Shown: positions 18,975 through 28,061 of the stretch, piece by piece
How the letters are laid out: each line of letters starts with the position of its first letter
How positions within the stretch are numbered: position 1 is the first letter of the stretch
Assembly: GCA_963675525.2 (NCBI GenBank)
Contig: CAXXSL010000013.1
Span: forward strand, 1-64,000
Reading direction: 5' to 3'
DNA: 64,000 bases
Source of the DNA: Anaerohalosphaeraceae bacterium
GTDB lineage: Bacteria > Planctomycetota > Phycisphaerae > Sedimentisphaerales > Anaerohalosphaeraceae
Notes under the pieces: model-generated
Seen by the model: the letters and a program-made list of their open reading frames with translations, nothing else
Told to the model about the DNA's origin: nothing
Database searches by the model: none
Made by a program: the position numbers and the translations under genes

Positions 18975-20390
18975 CTATTCCGTCGGGGCCAATCGCAAGA
19001 TGGTGCCGGGGCTGTTGAGGATCACATAGATCGCTCCGTCCGGGGCGCATGCCACATCCCGGACGCGGCCGGCGTTTTTCAGGATCACCTCATCATGCAT
19101 CACGCGGTTGTTTTTAATGTCCAGCAGGCGAACCTCTTCATATTTTAACGCCGTGACCAGCAGATGATTCCGCCATTTGCCGAACAGATCACCCCGGATA
19201 AAATCCGACCCGCAGACCGCGATCGACGGCCTCCAATAATATACCGGCTGTTCCATGCCGTCTTTTTCAACCAGCTCGGTGATGCTCGAACCGTTGTAAT
19301 TTCGTCCATAGGTAATGACCGGCCAGCCGTAGTTCTTCCCCGCTTCGATCAGATTGACTTCGTCCCCGCCGAGCGGACCGTGCTCGGTCTCCCAGAGTTC
19401 GTCCGTTTCAGGATGGATCGCCAATCCCTGCGGATTGCGGTTGCCGTAGCAAAAGATTGTTTTCAGCGCATTGTCTTTGTGCGCAAACGGGTTATCGGCC
19501 GGAACCTTACCGTCAGGATAAATGCGATGTATCTTGCCATTGGGTAAGCTGGTATCCTGTGCCTGCTCCTGATAGCCCCGTTCGCCGATGCCGAAATAGA
19601 GATACCCTTTTTTGTCAAACACGATCCGGCAGCCGTAATGATGGCGGGTTGTCCGGTAAGTTTCGTGCGGCGCTTCATAGATGACCTGCTGGTCTGTCCA
19701 CGTGTTGCCCTTAAGTTTTCCGCGAACAATGCGCGTCATGGCTCCGGTACGTCTGCGCAAAAAACTTGGCAATTCATGGCTGTATGATAAATAGATCCAG
19801 CCGTTCTTTGCATAATCCGGATCGACGGCAACATCCAGCAGGCCGCCCTGTCCTTCGTTTAAGACTTCCGGCGTTTGCTGTACGGGTTCGGCCTGCAGCT
19901 TGCCATTGACGATCTGCCGAAGCCGCCCGGGGCGTTCGGTTACCAAGGCGTGATCGTTATCCAGGAAATCGATGCTCCACGGAACTTCGAGGCCTTCGGC
20001 GACGATCTCAACCTTAAGATCATAATCCAGTGTTTGCAGTTTTTTCGGGATGAGACGGGCGGGCGGTGCGGCTTTGCGTTCGGAAGCCAGCAGGAAATCA
20101 ACGATCTCGTTGATCTGGCTTTCCGTGAGTGTTTTTTCATAAGCGGGCATTCCCAAATGTGTGATACCGAACTTGACCGTACTGGTGATCCACCCCCGGC
20201 CGGAACCATATTGCCAGACGCCGTCCACCAGACTCTGGGCATTGCCGCCCTGCAGCCGCTGACCGTGGCAGGATGAACAGTACTGCATATAGAGGTCGCG
20301 TCCGGTGTTGTCTTCGGCTGCGGCAGCCGTGAAAATGGTAACACTCCCAATAATCATTATCATCATGATACACGGTGTCAGTCGACACAT
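18975..20390 (-). CDS. Cytochrome c fused to PQQ-dependent aldose/glucose-sorbosone dehydrogenase
   Basis: Signal peptide and CSSCH haem motif, then GLEVPW, VTERPGRL, GQGGLLDV, GNRNPQG, EHGP.GGDEVN and NYGWP. Confidence 0.9.
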   Translation of the reverse strand: MCRLTPCIMMIMIIGSVTIFTAAAAEDNTGRDLYMQYCSSCHGQRLQGGNAQSLVDGVWQYGSGRGWITSTVKFGITHLGMPAYEKTLTESQINEIVDFLLASERKAAPPARLIPKKLQTLDYDLKVEIVAEGLEVPWSIDFLDNDHALVTERPGRLRQIVNGKLQAEPVQQTPEVLNEGQGGLLDVAVDPDYAKNGWIYLSYSHELPSFLRRRTGAMTRIVRGKLKGNTWTDQQVIYEAPHETYRTTRHHYGCRIVFDKKGYLYFGIGERGYQEQAQDTSLPNGKIHRIYPDGKVPADNPFAHKDNALKTIFCYGNRNPQGLAIHPETDELWETEHGPLGGDEVNLIEAGKNYGWPVITYGRNYNGSSITELVEKDGMEQPVYYWRPSIAVCGSDFIRGDLFGKWRNHLLVTALKYEEVRLLDIKNNRVMHDEVILKNAGRVRDVACAPDGAIYVILNSPGTILRLAPTE

Positions 20391-20578
20391 GGTAAACTCC
20401 CTTCATTTATTTCCTTTGGAATAATTATAGTACCGCAAGCCCACACAAACCAGAAATAACTCGATTATTTGCATTAAAGTCCCCTGTTTTGATGCGTTTA
20501 AAACCAGCTTTTTATCCTGTTAAGAAAAAAACAGTTGAAAATGAACCGTTTGGGTCGATGCACAGACTATATAGACAG

Positions 20579-21109
20579 ATGGGACATGAACGTTCAAATC
20601 TCGAAGACCAGTTACTGGTCATGGATGCCCAGGACGGAAGTGCCGAGGCGATGGAGACACTGGTCAAACGCTGGCAAAAGCGATTGTGGCGGCATGCACT
20701 CCGACTGACCGGTGACCACGAGGCGGCGTGGGATGTAACGCAGTCGGCATGGTACGACATAATCCGGCGGCTGCGACGGCTACGTGATCCGGCAAGCTTT
20801 CGAGCGTGGGCGTATCGGATTATCACGTGCAAGTCCATCGACTGGATCAAAACAAAACGCCCTGTAAAACCATTAGCACCCGAACAACTGGATAAACTGG
20901 CTGCCGCAGAAAAATACCAAACGGGAGTCCAGGAGTTGCTGGAACAACTGGATGTGGACAAGCGTGCGGTCCTATGCCTGTACTACTTTGAGGAATTGAG
21001 CATCTCGGAAATCAGCGAGGCACTCAATATTCCGGCCGGCACAGTCAAGTCCCGCCTGCACAACGCACGACAGGCATTAAAAATATTGTGGGAAGAAACT
21101 TCTCAATGA
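20579..21109 (+). CDS. ECF RNA polymerase sigma factor
   Basis: A.DVTQ, FRAWAYRI and EISEALNIPAGTVKSRLHNAR. Start probably 20579 (track start 20489). Confidence 0.9.
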   Translation: MGHERSNLEDQLLVMDAQDGSAEAMETLVKRWQKRLWRHALRLTGDHEAAWDVTQSAWYDIIRRLRRLRDPASFRAWAYRIITCKSIDWIKTKRPVKPLAPEQLDKLAAAEKYQTGVQELLEQLDVDKRAVLCLYYFEELSISEISEALNIPAGTVKSRLHNARQALKILWEETSQ

Positions 21110-21122
21110 AAGGGGAAAAATC

Positions 21123-21482
21123 ATGAACGAGGAACAAATTCAAAAAATGATTGCTGATACCTATGAAGAATCACGAGCCGAGTCGCTGCACGGCATGATC
21201 AAGGATTTCTACAACCGAAAAATGTGCTCGATTGTCATCATTGTCTGGGCATTTGCATTGCTTTGCATCGGCGCTGCGGTTATTTGCGGCATCAAGTTCG
21301 CCGATGCAAGCGACGTTAAGATGATGATTTTGTACGCTACCCTGTTTCTGGTGTGCGTGCATTGGATCGACCTGATGAAAATATTTGCCTGGCAGTTTAT
21401 TCATCGCAACGGCATCAAACGCGAGATCAAACGGCTGGAGATCCGCATCGCCGAACTGAGCGAAACGATCAAAAACCAATAA
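21123..21482 (+). CDS. Two-TM protein co-transcribed with the ECF sigma (DUF6768-like, putative anti-sigma)
   Basis: Two hydrophobic helices and C-terminal KIFAW...REIKRLEIRIAEL. Confidence 0.65.
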   Translation: MNEEQIQKMIADTYEESRAESLHGMIKDFYNRKMCSIVIIVWAFALLCIGAAVICGIKFADASDVKMMILYATLFLVCVHWIDLMKIFAWQFIHRNGIKREIKRLEIRIAELSETIKNQ

Positions 21483-21562
21483 ACCGGCGATAATATGTCA
21501 TCGCAAGTAGGCCGATAACTTTCTTTATCTAAAACATTTATAACGGCATCGACAATCTCGTT

Positions 21563-21612
21563 GTTAAACGTCCGTTAAACCTACGTTAAAGATGCGTTAA
21601 ACGAGTGTTAAC
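21563..21612. repeat. Five GTTAA direct repeats at exact 11-bp period
   Basis: GTTAA starts at 21563, 21574, 21585, 21596 and 21607. Confidence 0.85.
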
Positions 21613-21703
21613 TAACAGGAATGATAAGAATGAAAGAATGAAAAGAAGGGATGCCCCCTGCGATTTTATTTTTGACCATTCAAGAGAGAGGAGATTTATC
21701 CAT

Positions 21704-21736
21704 AAAAAAGGCCGCAGGAAGTGTTCGCCGCGGCCT
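21704..21736 (-). terminator. Probable intrinsic terminator of the PEP-CTERM genes
   Basis: AGGCCGC...GCGGCCT stem with an adjacent A6 (U-tract on the minus strand). Confidence 0.6.
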
Positions 21737-21758
21737 GTGAATGATGTTCGGTTTGTGT

Positions 21759-22853
21759 CTATTTTCGTTTATGAAGCAGTGCCAACCCGCCCAAAGCCAA
21801 CAGGGACAATGTCGTAGGTTCAGGAATCGTAACCATCCACGTTATATTACTTTGATTATATATCCCTTTTCCGATTATAATATTACCATCCGGTGTTATA
21901 TCAGTCGCCTCATAGAGCGACCAGCCGGTTAAATCCATACCATAATCATTTTCAAGGGCAGACTGCAGCGACCTTAAACCATTCAGTTCATCCCAAATAA
22001 ACGCAAGGCCGCCATTATCTGTTTCACCCCGACCAACAACAATCGAACCATCGGCTGTTACTGCGTTTGCAGAAGAAAGATGTCTGCCTCCACTAAAGTC
22101 TCCAATGCTCACTGTGCCCGTGGCCTGACTCCATAGAAAAGCCTCGTGTTCCAGCGCCGAAGTAGTAGCACGTCCAACAATCGTTCCAGTATTTGAGACA
22201 TCAAAAGCCACAGCATCATTGTATAAGTTCCACACATCATATATAATTGTTTGAGTATCATCTTTCCATATTACCGGTAATGGTATGGCACCAAAAGGTG
22301 CTCCATAACCAGCAATAATTCTGCCATCGCTTGATATCGCATTAGCATAACTGTTATTACTGCCCGACAGATAGCCAAGTCCTTGCATACCATCAGCCTG
22401 TGTCCATTTATAAGCCTGGTTATCATATGCTCCATTGCTGTCACCGACGATAATAGACCCGTCCGAAGAAATACCCGTCGCCCTGGTATACTTATAACCC
22501 TGGTTCAAGTATCCAAGATTTGTTACTGTTCCGTTCTCCCACCTGAAACCAGATGCAAGACTACCGCCGCTTGTTCCCACAATAACAGAACCATCCGCTG
22601 AAACATCAGCCGCACTTGATTGACTATGACCTGGGAGAAGGGGAAGCTGCTCGAGCGTACCATTATGCCATCGATGTGCTACGTTCCCCGGCCCACCACC
22701 GACCACGGTCGAACCGTCATCTGAAACTGCTATACCAGTGAAACTGCCAAGATTTTGAATTGAGGGATCGAACGCAAAAGATACAGAAACAAGATTAAAT
22801 ATGATCAGCAAATATAAAATGATTGAATTGAAACCACATTTAGTACTTTTCAT
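21759..22853 (-). CDS. PEP-CTERM protein with HAF-family extracellular repeats
   Basis: Signal peptide, repeated (A..)VS.DGS.(I/V)VG...AF.W units and C-terminal IPEPTTLSLLALGGLALLHKRK. Confidence 0.9.
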   Translation of the reverse strand: MKSTKCGFNSIILYLLIIFNLVSVSFAFDPSIQNLGSFTGIAVSDDGSTVVGGGPGNVAHRWHNGTLEQLPLLPGHSQSSAADVSADGSVIVGTSGGSLASGFRWENGTVTNLGYLNQGYKYTRATGISSDGSIIVGDSNGAYDNQAYKWTQADGMQGLGYLSGSNNSYANAISSDGRIIAGYGAPFGAIPLPVIWKDDTQTIIYDVWNLYNDAVAFDVSNTGTIVGRATTSALEHEAFLWSQATGTVSIGDFSGGRHLSSANAVTADGSIVVGRGETDNGGLAFIWDELNGLRSLQSALENDYGMDLTGWSLYEATDITPDGNIIIGKGIYNQSNITWMVTIPEPTTLSLLALGGLALLHKRK

Positions 22854-22871
22854 CTTTCCTCTCCAAATAAA

Positions 22872-22906
22872 TAGTCATTAGTCCATAGACCTTAGTCTAT
22901 AGGTTA
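22872..22906. repeat. Heptamer tandem array upstream of the first PEP-CTERM gene
   Basis: tagtcat-tagtcca-tagacct-tagtcta-taggtta. Confidence 0.65.
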
Positions 22907-23593
22907 TTTTCGTTTACGAAGTAGTGCCAAACCGCCAATAGTCAACAGGGACAGCGTTGCCGGTTCGGGAACGTTGAAGATAGCTGTGAATGCCAAATCA
23001 TACGGGGCACTACTCCAGTACCCATTTGTGAATTTGCTGGTATCAGAGCCATTACGAAGCTGAAACCGTTGCCCATCGGCATAAAAATTTCCAAGACTGC
23101 TGCCGGTAAACGCCATGCTGGGTTCTCCCCCAAAAAACTCAGAGACGCTGATAAAGAATATGTACTGCTTATCAGAACTCAGCGTTACATTCATCTGATC
23201 AAAAATAAATTCTCTTCGCTCCCCATGGGCCAGCCCCGATGTATTCATGACTGGACTTTTATACAGATAGTCGCCTGTTGCGTTAGATCCCTCCCATTCC
23301 ATCAAATAGGCATGAAACTCTAAGGGATCGGGAGTTTGCAAAGGCGAGTCACTTAACCAGAATGAAAAGCTGTTAAGTTGATTGTGGCCTTGGGGTGTTT
23401 TGAATGTCTGCCCTATTGTTTGAATACCCGCGTTGCCTTGCTCAGGGAAATAATCCTGCAGTTGTCCTGAATCTCCCTGGGGTGTGACTGAGGTTATTAT
23501 TTCACCCAAACTGACAGAATACAAATTCACCAGCATTAAACAAACAATCGCACACTTAATAAAGCATTTAGTTTTCATCCTTCCTCTCCTCAA
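22904..23593 (-). CDS. PEP-CTERM sorting domain protein
   Basis: Signal peptide, GQTF...DLAFTA beta-sandwich-like body and C-terminal VPEPATLSLLTIGGLALLRKRK. Likely start at MKTK. Confidence 0.9.
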   Translation of the reverse strand: MRRGRMKTKCFIKCAIVCLMLVNLYSVSLGEIITSVTPQGDSGQLQDYFPEQGNAGIQTIGQTFKTPQGHNQLNSFSFWLSDSPLQTPDPLEFHAYLMEWEGSNATGDYLYKSPVMNTSGLAHGERREFIFDQMNVTLSSDKQYIFFISVSEFFGGEPSMAFTGSSLGNFYADGQRFQLRNGSDTSKFTNGYWSSAPYDLAFTAIFNVPEPATLSLLTIGGLALLRKRK

Positions 23594-23880
23594 TTGACTC
23601 CTATGCCCTCAGTCTCCAGACCTCAGGCCTTAGTTTATAAGAACCGCATTATTGGGGGCTGCGTACAGAAATGCCCCTCTCTCCAATTGATTTTGATTAT
23701 CTCAAAAAGACCGATAAATGTCAAGATTTTTTGCTTAGTCAATAAATCCGATAACAGCGAAGTAAAGCAAAATCCATCCACCTCATTGCATTCGGTGGCT
23801 GCCACCGGTCGCACTCAAGTTGTTCACTTCGTGTCAGGATGGTCACAAGATCGCCACACTCAAAACCATTCATCAACTGC

Positions 23881-23915
23881 TTGCCCCGCCATAGCTGAAA
23901 GCTATGGCGGGGCAA
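23881..23915. terminator. Perfect hairpin (terminator or REP-like)
   Basis: TTGCCCCGCCATAGCT-GAA-AGCTATGGCGGGGCAA, a 16-bp perfect stem downstream of the 23960-25726 gene. Confidence 0.65.
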
Positions 23916-23959
23916 ACATTATTTGCCTATCCAATCTACCCGGTTACCCGCCGATGTTA

Positions 23960-25726
23960 CTATGGCTCACTGCACAACCAATCCGCAGACAATATCTGCA
24001 GGTCATCGGTATCGATGTTATCATCACCCGGTTCGCTCAGATCGCACTCTCGATCCCAGCTGCCGGTGACCGGCGTACTGAGCCACGCCATTCCGAAACG
24101 GGCAAAATCAAGCAGATTAACATCGTTATCTTCGTTGATATCCGCCCTACAGTTGTTTACGTTGATCGTCTGGGGCCCGAAGACATTGTTTGTCTCATCA
24201 GATTCATCAATCTGATCTTCCGTGTCGATCTGAGCGTACATCTGATAAGCGCCTGCTGAGGAATAGCCGCTGTAGTTAAGCGTAATAACCGTGGTCTGCC
24301 CTGCAGCCAGCGATACATTTTGGTATACATCCCCGACTTCTGAAATCCCGGGCGGGGAGGTTTTGTCAGCATACCAATCGAGCCAGAAACTGCTGGTATC
24401 GTTCGTTCCCTGATTGGTTATCGTAACATCGACATCAACGCTCTGTCCGGGAGCAGGTTTGTATGGATGCGTTTCTATGGCTTCGATGATCAAGTCCGCA
24501 TATACGTACTCATAGGCCCCCATATCGCAAACCGCCACATCATCTCCGTTACCATCCAGCGGCCGGGTTCGCCCGTCCAGATCGTCGGTAATCCCATAAT
24601 TATTCGAACCGGTATCAATACAGGGCGAAACACCTTGCAGATGATAGTCGCCTGTACCGACGAAGTCGGGATTATCATTGATGATGTGACTGGCCCCGAG
24701 TCCTGTAAAGCCTCCCTGAACATCACAGTACCGCACCTCCTGGCCCGTATTTTCCTGCAGATCCAGTTGGTCCGGAGTATTGCCCCAAAAGATACAGTTC
24801 CACAGTCTCGGGGCGTCAGCATTGTTTGCATGATAGGCGCCGCCACTGCCTAAGACCCCATCTGTATCGTTGTTAGCAAAGGTGCAGTTTTTAATGCGAG
24901 GGTAAACATCATGATATGAAATTGCACCGCCCCGGCTCTGGGCATAATTATCATAAAACAGGCAGTTATTAATACGGGTCACCTGGCCTGTCGTCCCATT
25001 TCCACCAAAACCTGCAATCGCACCACCCCCAAGAGAAGCCGGTGCCGTGGCTTCATTGTTGTTGAAGATGCACCGTTCAATAAGCGGCGAGGAATAATTA
25101 TGATAGATCGCACCACCGGTTGTATCGCTGTTATTAGAAAATGTACAATCACTGACTTCCACATCCGACCGGTCATCATAAAGAGCGGTCCCTGTATTAT
25201 TACGAATCACACAGTTCCGTATTTTGGCAGTCACCCAAAAAGTGGTGCAGTCATAGGGCGTCGCGTCTACATCAACAGCACTGCCTGATGTGGCAAGACC
25301 GTGTTCAATGACAAATCCATCAAGTTTGCATTTATTCGTCAGTTCGAAACATCGTACGGTGTCATTGCCGGTCACAATGGTTTGATAAAGTGCAGGGTTA
25401 CGATCCGAGAAGCTCGGATTGCTCATGCCGTTTGGAAAACCACCGTAGATATTTACGACTTTACCAACAGTGATGGTACTGCTCAGCGAATAGGTGCCGC
25501 TTTTAACATAAATACTGTCATTCGGCGCCATACACGTCATCCAGATTCCGCTTGCCGAGTTTACCGCCGTCTGGATACTTCGATAGGCCGTTGCCCAGCT
25601 TGTGCCGTCGCCCCCTAAGGGTGCATCTGAATCAACGTACCACGTTGCACCCGTTACAGTCGAAATTGACAACATCAGCAGAGATAGAACAGCAATAAAG
25701 AGTGGTTTAATAGGGGTGGTTTTCAT
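23960..25726 (-). CDS. Secreted parallel beta-helix protein with choice-of-anchor Q-like segment, CARDB domain and dockerin-like C-terminus
   Basis: WYVD...GDGTSWATAY, GGAI/F..N repeats, DYHLQ..SPCIDTG...DMGAYE, DLII...VTITNQG...ESDETNN and ADINEDNDVNLLDFA. Confidence 0.82.
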   Translation of the reverse strand: MKTTPIKPLFIAVLSLLMLSISTVTGATWYVDSDAPLGGDGTSWATAYRSIQTAVNSASGIWMTCMAPNDSIYVKSGTYSLSSTITVGKVVNIYGGFPNGMSNPSFSDRNPALYQTIVTGNDTVRCFELTNKCKLDGFVIEHGLATSGSAVDVDATPYDCTTFWVTAKIRNCVIRNNTGTALYDDRSDVEVSDCTFSNNSDTTGGAIYHNYSSPLIERCIFNNNEATAPASLGGGAIAGFGGNGTTGQVTRINNCLFYDNYAQSRGGAISYHDVYPRIKNCTFANNDTDGVLGSGGAYHANNADAPRLWNCIFWGNTPDQLDLQENTGQEVRYCDVQGGFTGLGASHIINDNPDFVGTGDYHLQGVSPCIDTGSNNYGITDDLDGRTRPLDGNGDDVAVCDMGAYEYVYADLIIEAIETHPYKPAPGQSVDVDVTITNQGTNDTSSFWLDWYADKTSPPGISEVGDVYQNVSLAAGQTTVITLNYSGYSSAGAYQMYAQIDTEDQIDESDETNNVFGPQTINVNNCRADINEDNDVNLLDFARFGMAWLSTPVTGSWDRECDLSEPGDDNIDTDDLQILSADWLCSEP

Positions 25727-26099
25727 CGTTTTCTCCTTTCCTCACAAAAAGTAAAACCGCATTTTATTTAGCTACTTATACCCTTAAAGGCAATAAATAC
25801 CTAGTTTCAAAAGCAGTAACCAAACACTCCAGTTAAAGGTAGAATATATTTCCTTGCCATCCAATAGTCAAGGATTATCGGGGATATTTTAACGAGCTTG
25901 ACCGCGATACCGTGTCGTAGGTTCATTGCGACATTTTAGGCCTTGAAACACATTAACAGTTCTGCCGGAATGGCATGTTTGGGGGTTTTGCGGGTGCTGG
26001 AATTGGCAGAAGATAAATAATAATGGGATTTTTTGCGGTTTTTGTTAATCGGGACTTGAAATCATATCTTTATTATTTAATGATACTTATGAATCAATT

Positions 26100-26235
26100 G
26101 GCGAGCATGGCCGGCCCTACGGGGGGTGGTTTGGTACTTAGTTTGCATTATGTCATCGGCGTGGGAGATGCTTTAGCCATCTGCGTGGGCATGGCCCACC
26201 CTACATAGCTGGATTCCCACCTTCGCGGGAATGAC
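26100..26235. repeat. Cluster of REP-like palindromes upstream of groEL
   Basis: Minus-strand GTAGGGCCGGCCATGCTCGCC (26100-26120) and GTAGGGTGGGCCATGCCCACGC (26183-26204). ATTCCC-N8-GGGAAT at 26213-26232. Confidence 0.7.
26132..26147 (+). promoter_or_regulatory. Sigma54 (-24/-12) promoter for the chaperone operon
   Basis: TGGTAC-TTAGT-TTGCA versus TGGCAC-N5-TTGCW, with correct GG-N10-GC spacing. Confidence 0.65.
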
Positions 26236-26294
26236 AAGTTGATAAGAATTGGAATTTTAACCTTTTGTAATAGGAATTTAGGAGAGGCAACATT

Positions 26295-27992
26295 ATGGCA
26301 GCAAAAGACTTAGCTTTTAACAGCGACGCCCGCAATGCCCTTTTGAGCGGGGTTGAGAAGCTTGCGGCGGCCGTCAAGAGCACGCTTGGCCCCCGCGGCC
26401 GATGTGCGATCATCGACAAGGGTTGGGGCGGACCAACCATCACCAAAGACGGCGTTACCGTAGCCGAAGAGATCGAACTGGTCAATAAGGCAGAAAACAT
26501 GGGGGCCAAACTGGTCAAGGAAGCGGCCAGCAAGACATCCAAGATCGCCGGCGACGGCACAACCACCGCGACAGTGCTGGCGGAAGCCTTGTACCGCGAG
26601 GCGTTCAAGAACCTTGCGGCGGGCGCTGACGCGATGAGCCTGAATCGCGGGATGCAAAAGGCTGTGGCAGTCGCAACCGAACAACTTAAGAAGATGGCCA
26701 AACCCATCGACAGCAGCAAGAAGGACGACATCATCAACATCGCCTCCATCAGCGCCAACAACGACATGGAAATCGGCAAGAAGATGGCCGAGGCGTTCAT
26801 GCGGGTCGGCAAAGACGGCGTGATCACCATCGAAGACGGCAAGAGCCTGGAGACGACGGTCGATTATGTCGAGGGCATGCAGTTTGACCGCGGGTATCTG
26901 TCGCCGCATTTCGTGACGGATCAGGACGCGATGACCTGCGAACTGGAAAAACCGTTCGTGCTGGTCTATGAAGACAAAATCAGCAATGTCCAGAAGATCG
27001 TTCCGCTGCTGGAAGCGGCCGCCAAAAGCAAACGCCCGCTGCTGATCATCGCCGAAGACATCGAAGGCGAAGCACTCGCGACGCTGGTCGTCAACAAGCT
27101 TCGCGGCATTCTGAATGTGGCGGCCGTCAAGGCACCCGGCTACGGCGACCGACGCAAAGCCATGCTCGAAGATATCGCGGTTCTGACCGGTGCTCAGCCG
27201 ATCTTCAAGGACCTCGGCATCGAGCTGGATAAGGTCACACTGTCGCAACTTGGACAGGCCAAGAAAATCACCATCGACAACGACTGCACCATTATCGTCG
27301 AAGGGGCCGGTGCCGTCAAGGACCTGCAGGGACGCATCGGGCAAATCCGCAACGAGATCGATATCACCACCAGCGACTATGACCGTGAAAAACTGCAGGA
27401 ACGCCTGGCAAAACTGACCGGCGGCGTCGCACAGATCAATGTCGGCGCAGGCAGTGAAGCGGAAATGAAAGAAAAGAAGGCCCGTATCGAAGACGCCCTG
27501 CACGCAACGCGTGCGGCTATCGAAGAAGGCATCGTTGCCGGCGGCGGCGTAGCACTGGTTCGCTGCATCGAAGCGGTTAAGAAGCTCAAACTCGAAGGCG
27601 ACGAAGCGACGGGTGTTGAAATCGTCGTCAATGCCTTACGGGTGCCCTGCTTCTGCATCGCTGACAATGCCGGTGCGGTCGGCAACCTGGTTGTCAACAA
27701 AGTCGCACAAGGCAAAGGCGGCTTCGGTTACAACGCCGACAAGGACACCTATGAAGACCTCATCGAAGCCGGCGTCATCGACCCGGTGAAGGTTACGCGT
27801 ATCGCGCTGCAAAACGCCGCATCTGTTGCGGGTCTGTTGCTGACGACTGACTGTATCGTTACCGAACAGCCGTCCGATGATGCTGGGGGTGGTATGCCCG
27901 GCGGCATGCCCGGTGGCATGGGCGGCGGCATGGGTGGCATGGGTGGCATGGGCGGTATGGGCGGTATGGGCGGTATGCCCGGCATGATGTAA
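26295..27992 (+). CDS. groEL: Chaperonin GroEL (copy 1, long GGM tail)
   Basis: [33 protein letters not shown] and GGM repeats. Confidence 0.98.
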   Translation: MAAKDLAFNSDARNALLSGVEKLAAAVKSTLGPRGRCAIIDKGWGGPTITKDGVTVAEEIELVNKAENMGAKLVKEAASKTSKIAGDGTTTATVLAEALYREAFKNLAAGADAMSLNRGMQKAVAVATEQLKKMAKPIDSSKKDDIINIASISANNDMEIGKKMAEAFMRVGKDGVITIEDGKSLETTVDYVEGMQFDRGYLSPHFVTDQDAMTCELEKPFVLVYEDKISNVQKIVPLLEAAAKSKRPLLIIAEDIEGEALATLVVNKLRGILNVAAVKAPGYGDRRKAMLEDIAVLTGAQPIFKDLGIELDKVTLSQLGQAKKITIDNDCTIIVEGAGAVKDLQGRIGQIRNEIDITTSDYDREKLQERLAKLTGGVAQINVGAGSEAEMKEKKARIEDALHATRAAIEEGIVAGGGVALVRCIEAVKKLKLEGDEATGVEIVVNALRVPCFCIADNAGAVGNLVVNKVAQGKGGFGYNADKDTYEDLIEAGVIDPVKVTRIALQNAASVAGLLLTTDCIVTEQPSDDAGGGMPGGMPGGMGGGMGGMGGMGGMGGMGGMPGMM

Positions 27993-28061
27993 GCCGTGTC
28001 CAGTTAGCAGTCAACAGTTTAAGATAATAAAACCTTAAAAAAATAAACAGGAGAGACTTAT

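Noticed and set aside
21563..21612. CRISPR array or plasmid iterons
   Set aside because: Units are only 11 bp with a 5-6 bp core, and no cas or rep genes are nearby.
23594..24259. 221-aa plus-strand ORF
   Set aside because: Spans repeats and a terminator and overlaps a well-supported minus-strand gene; no recognisable motifs.
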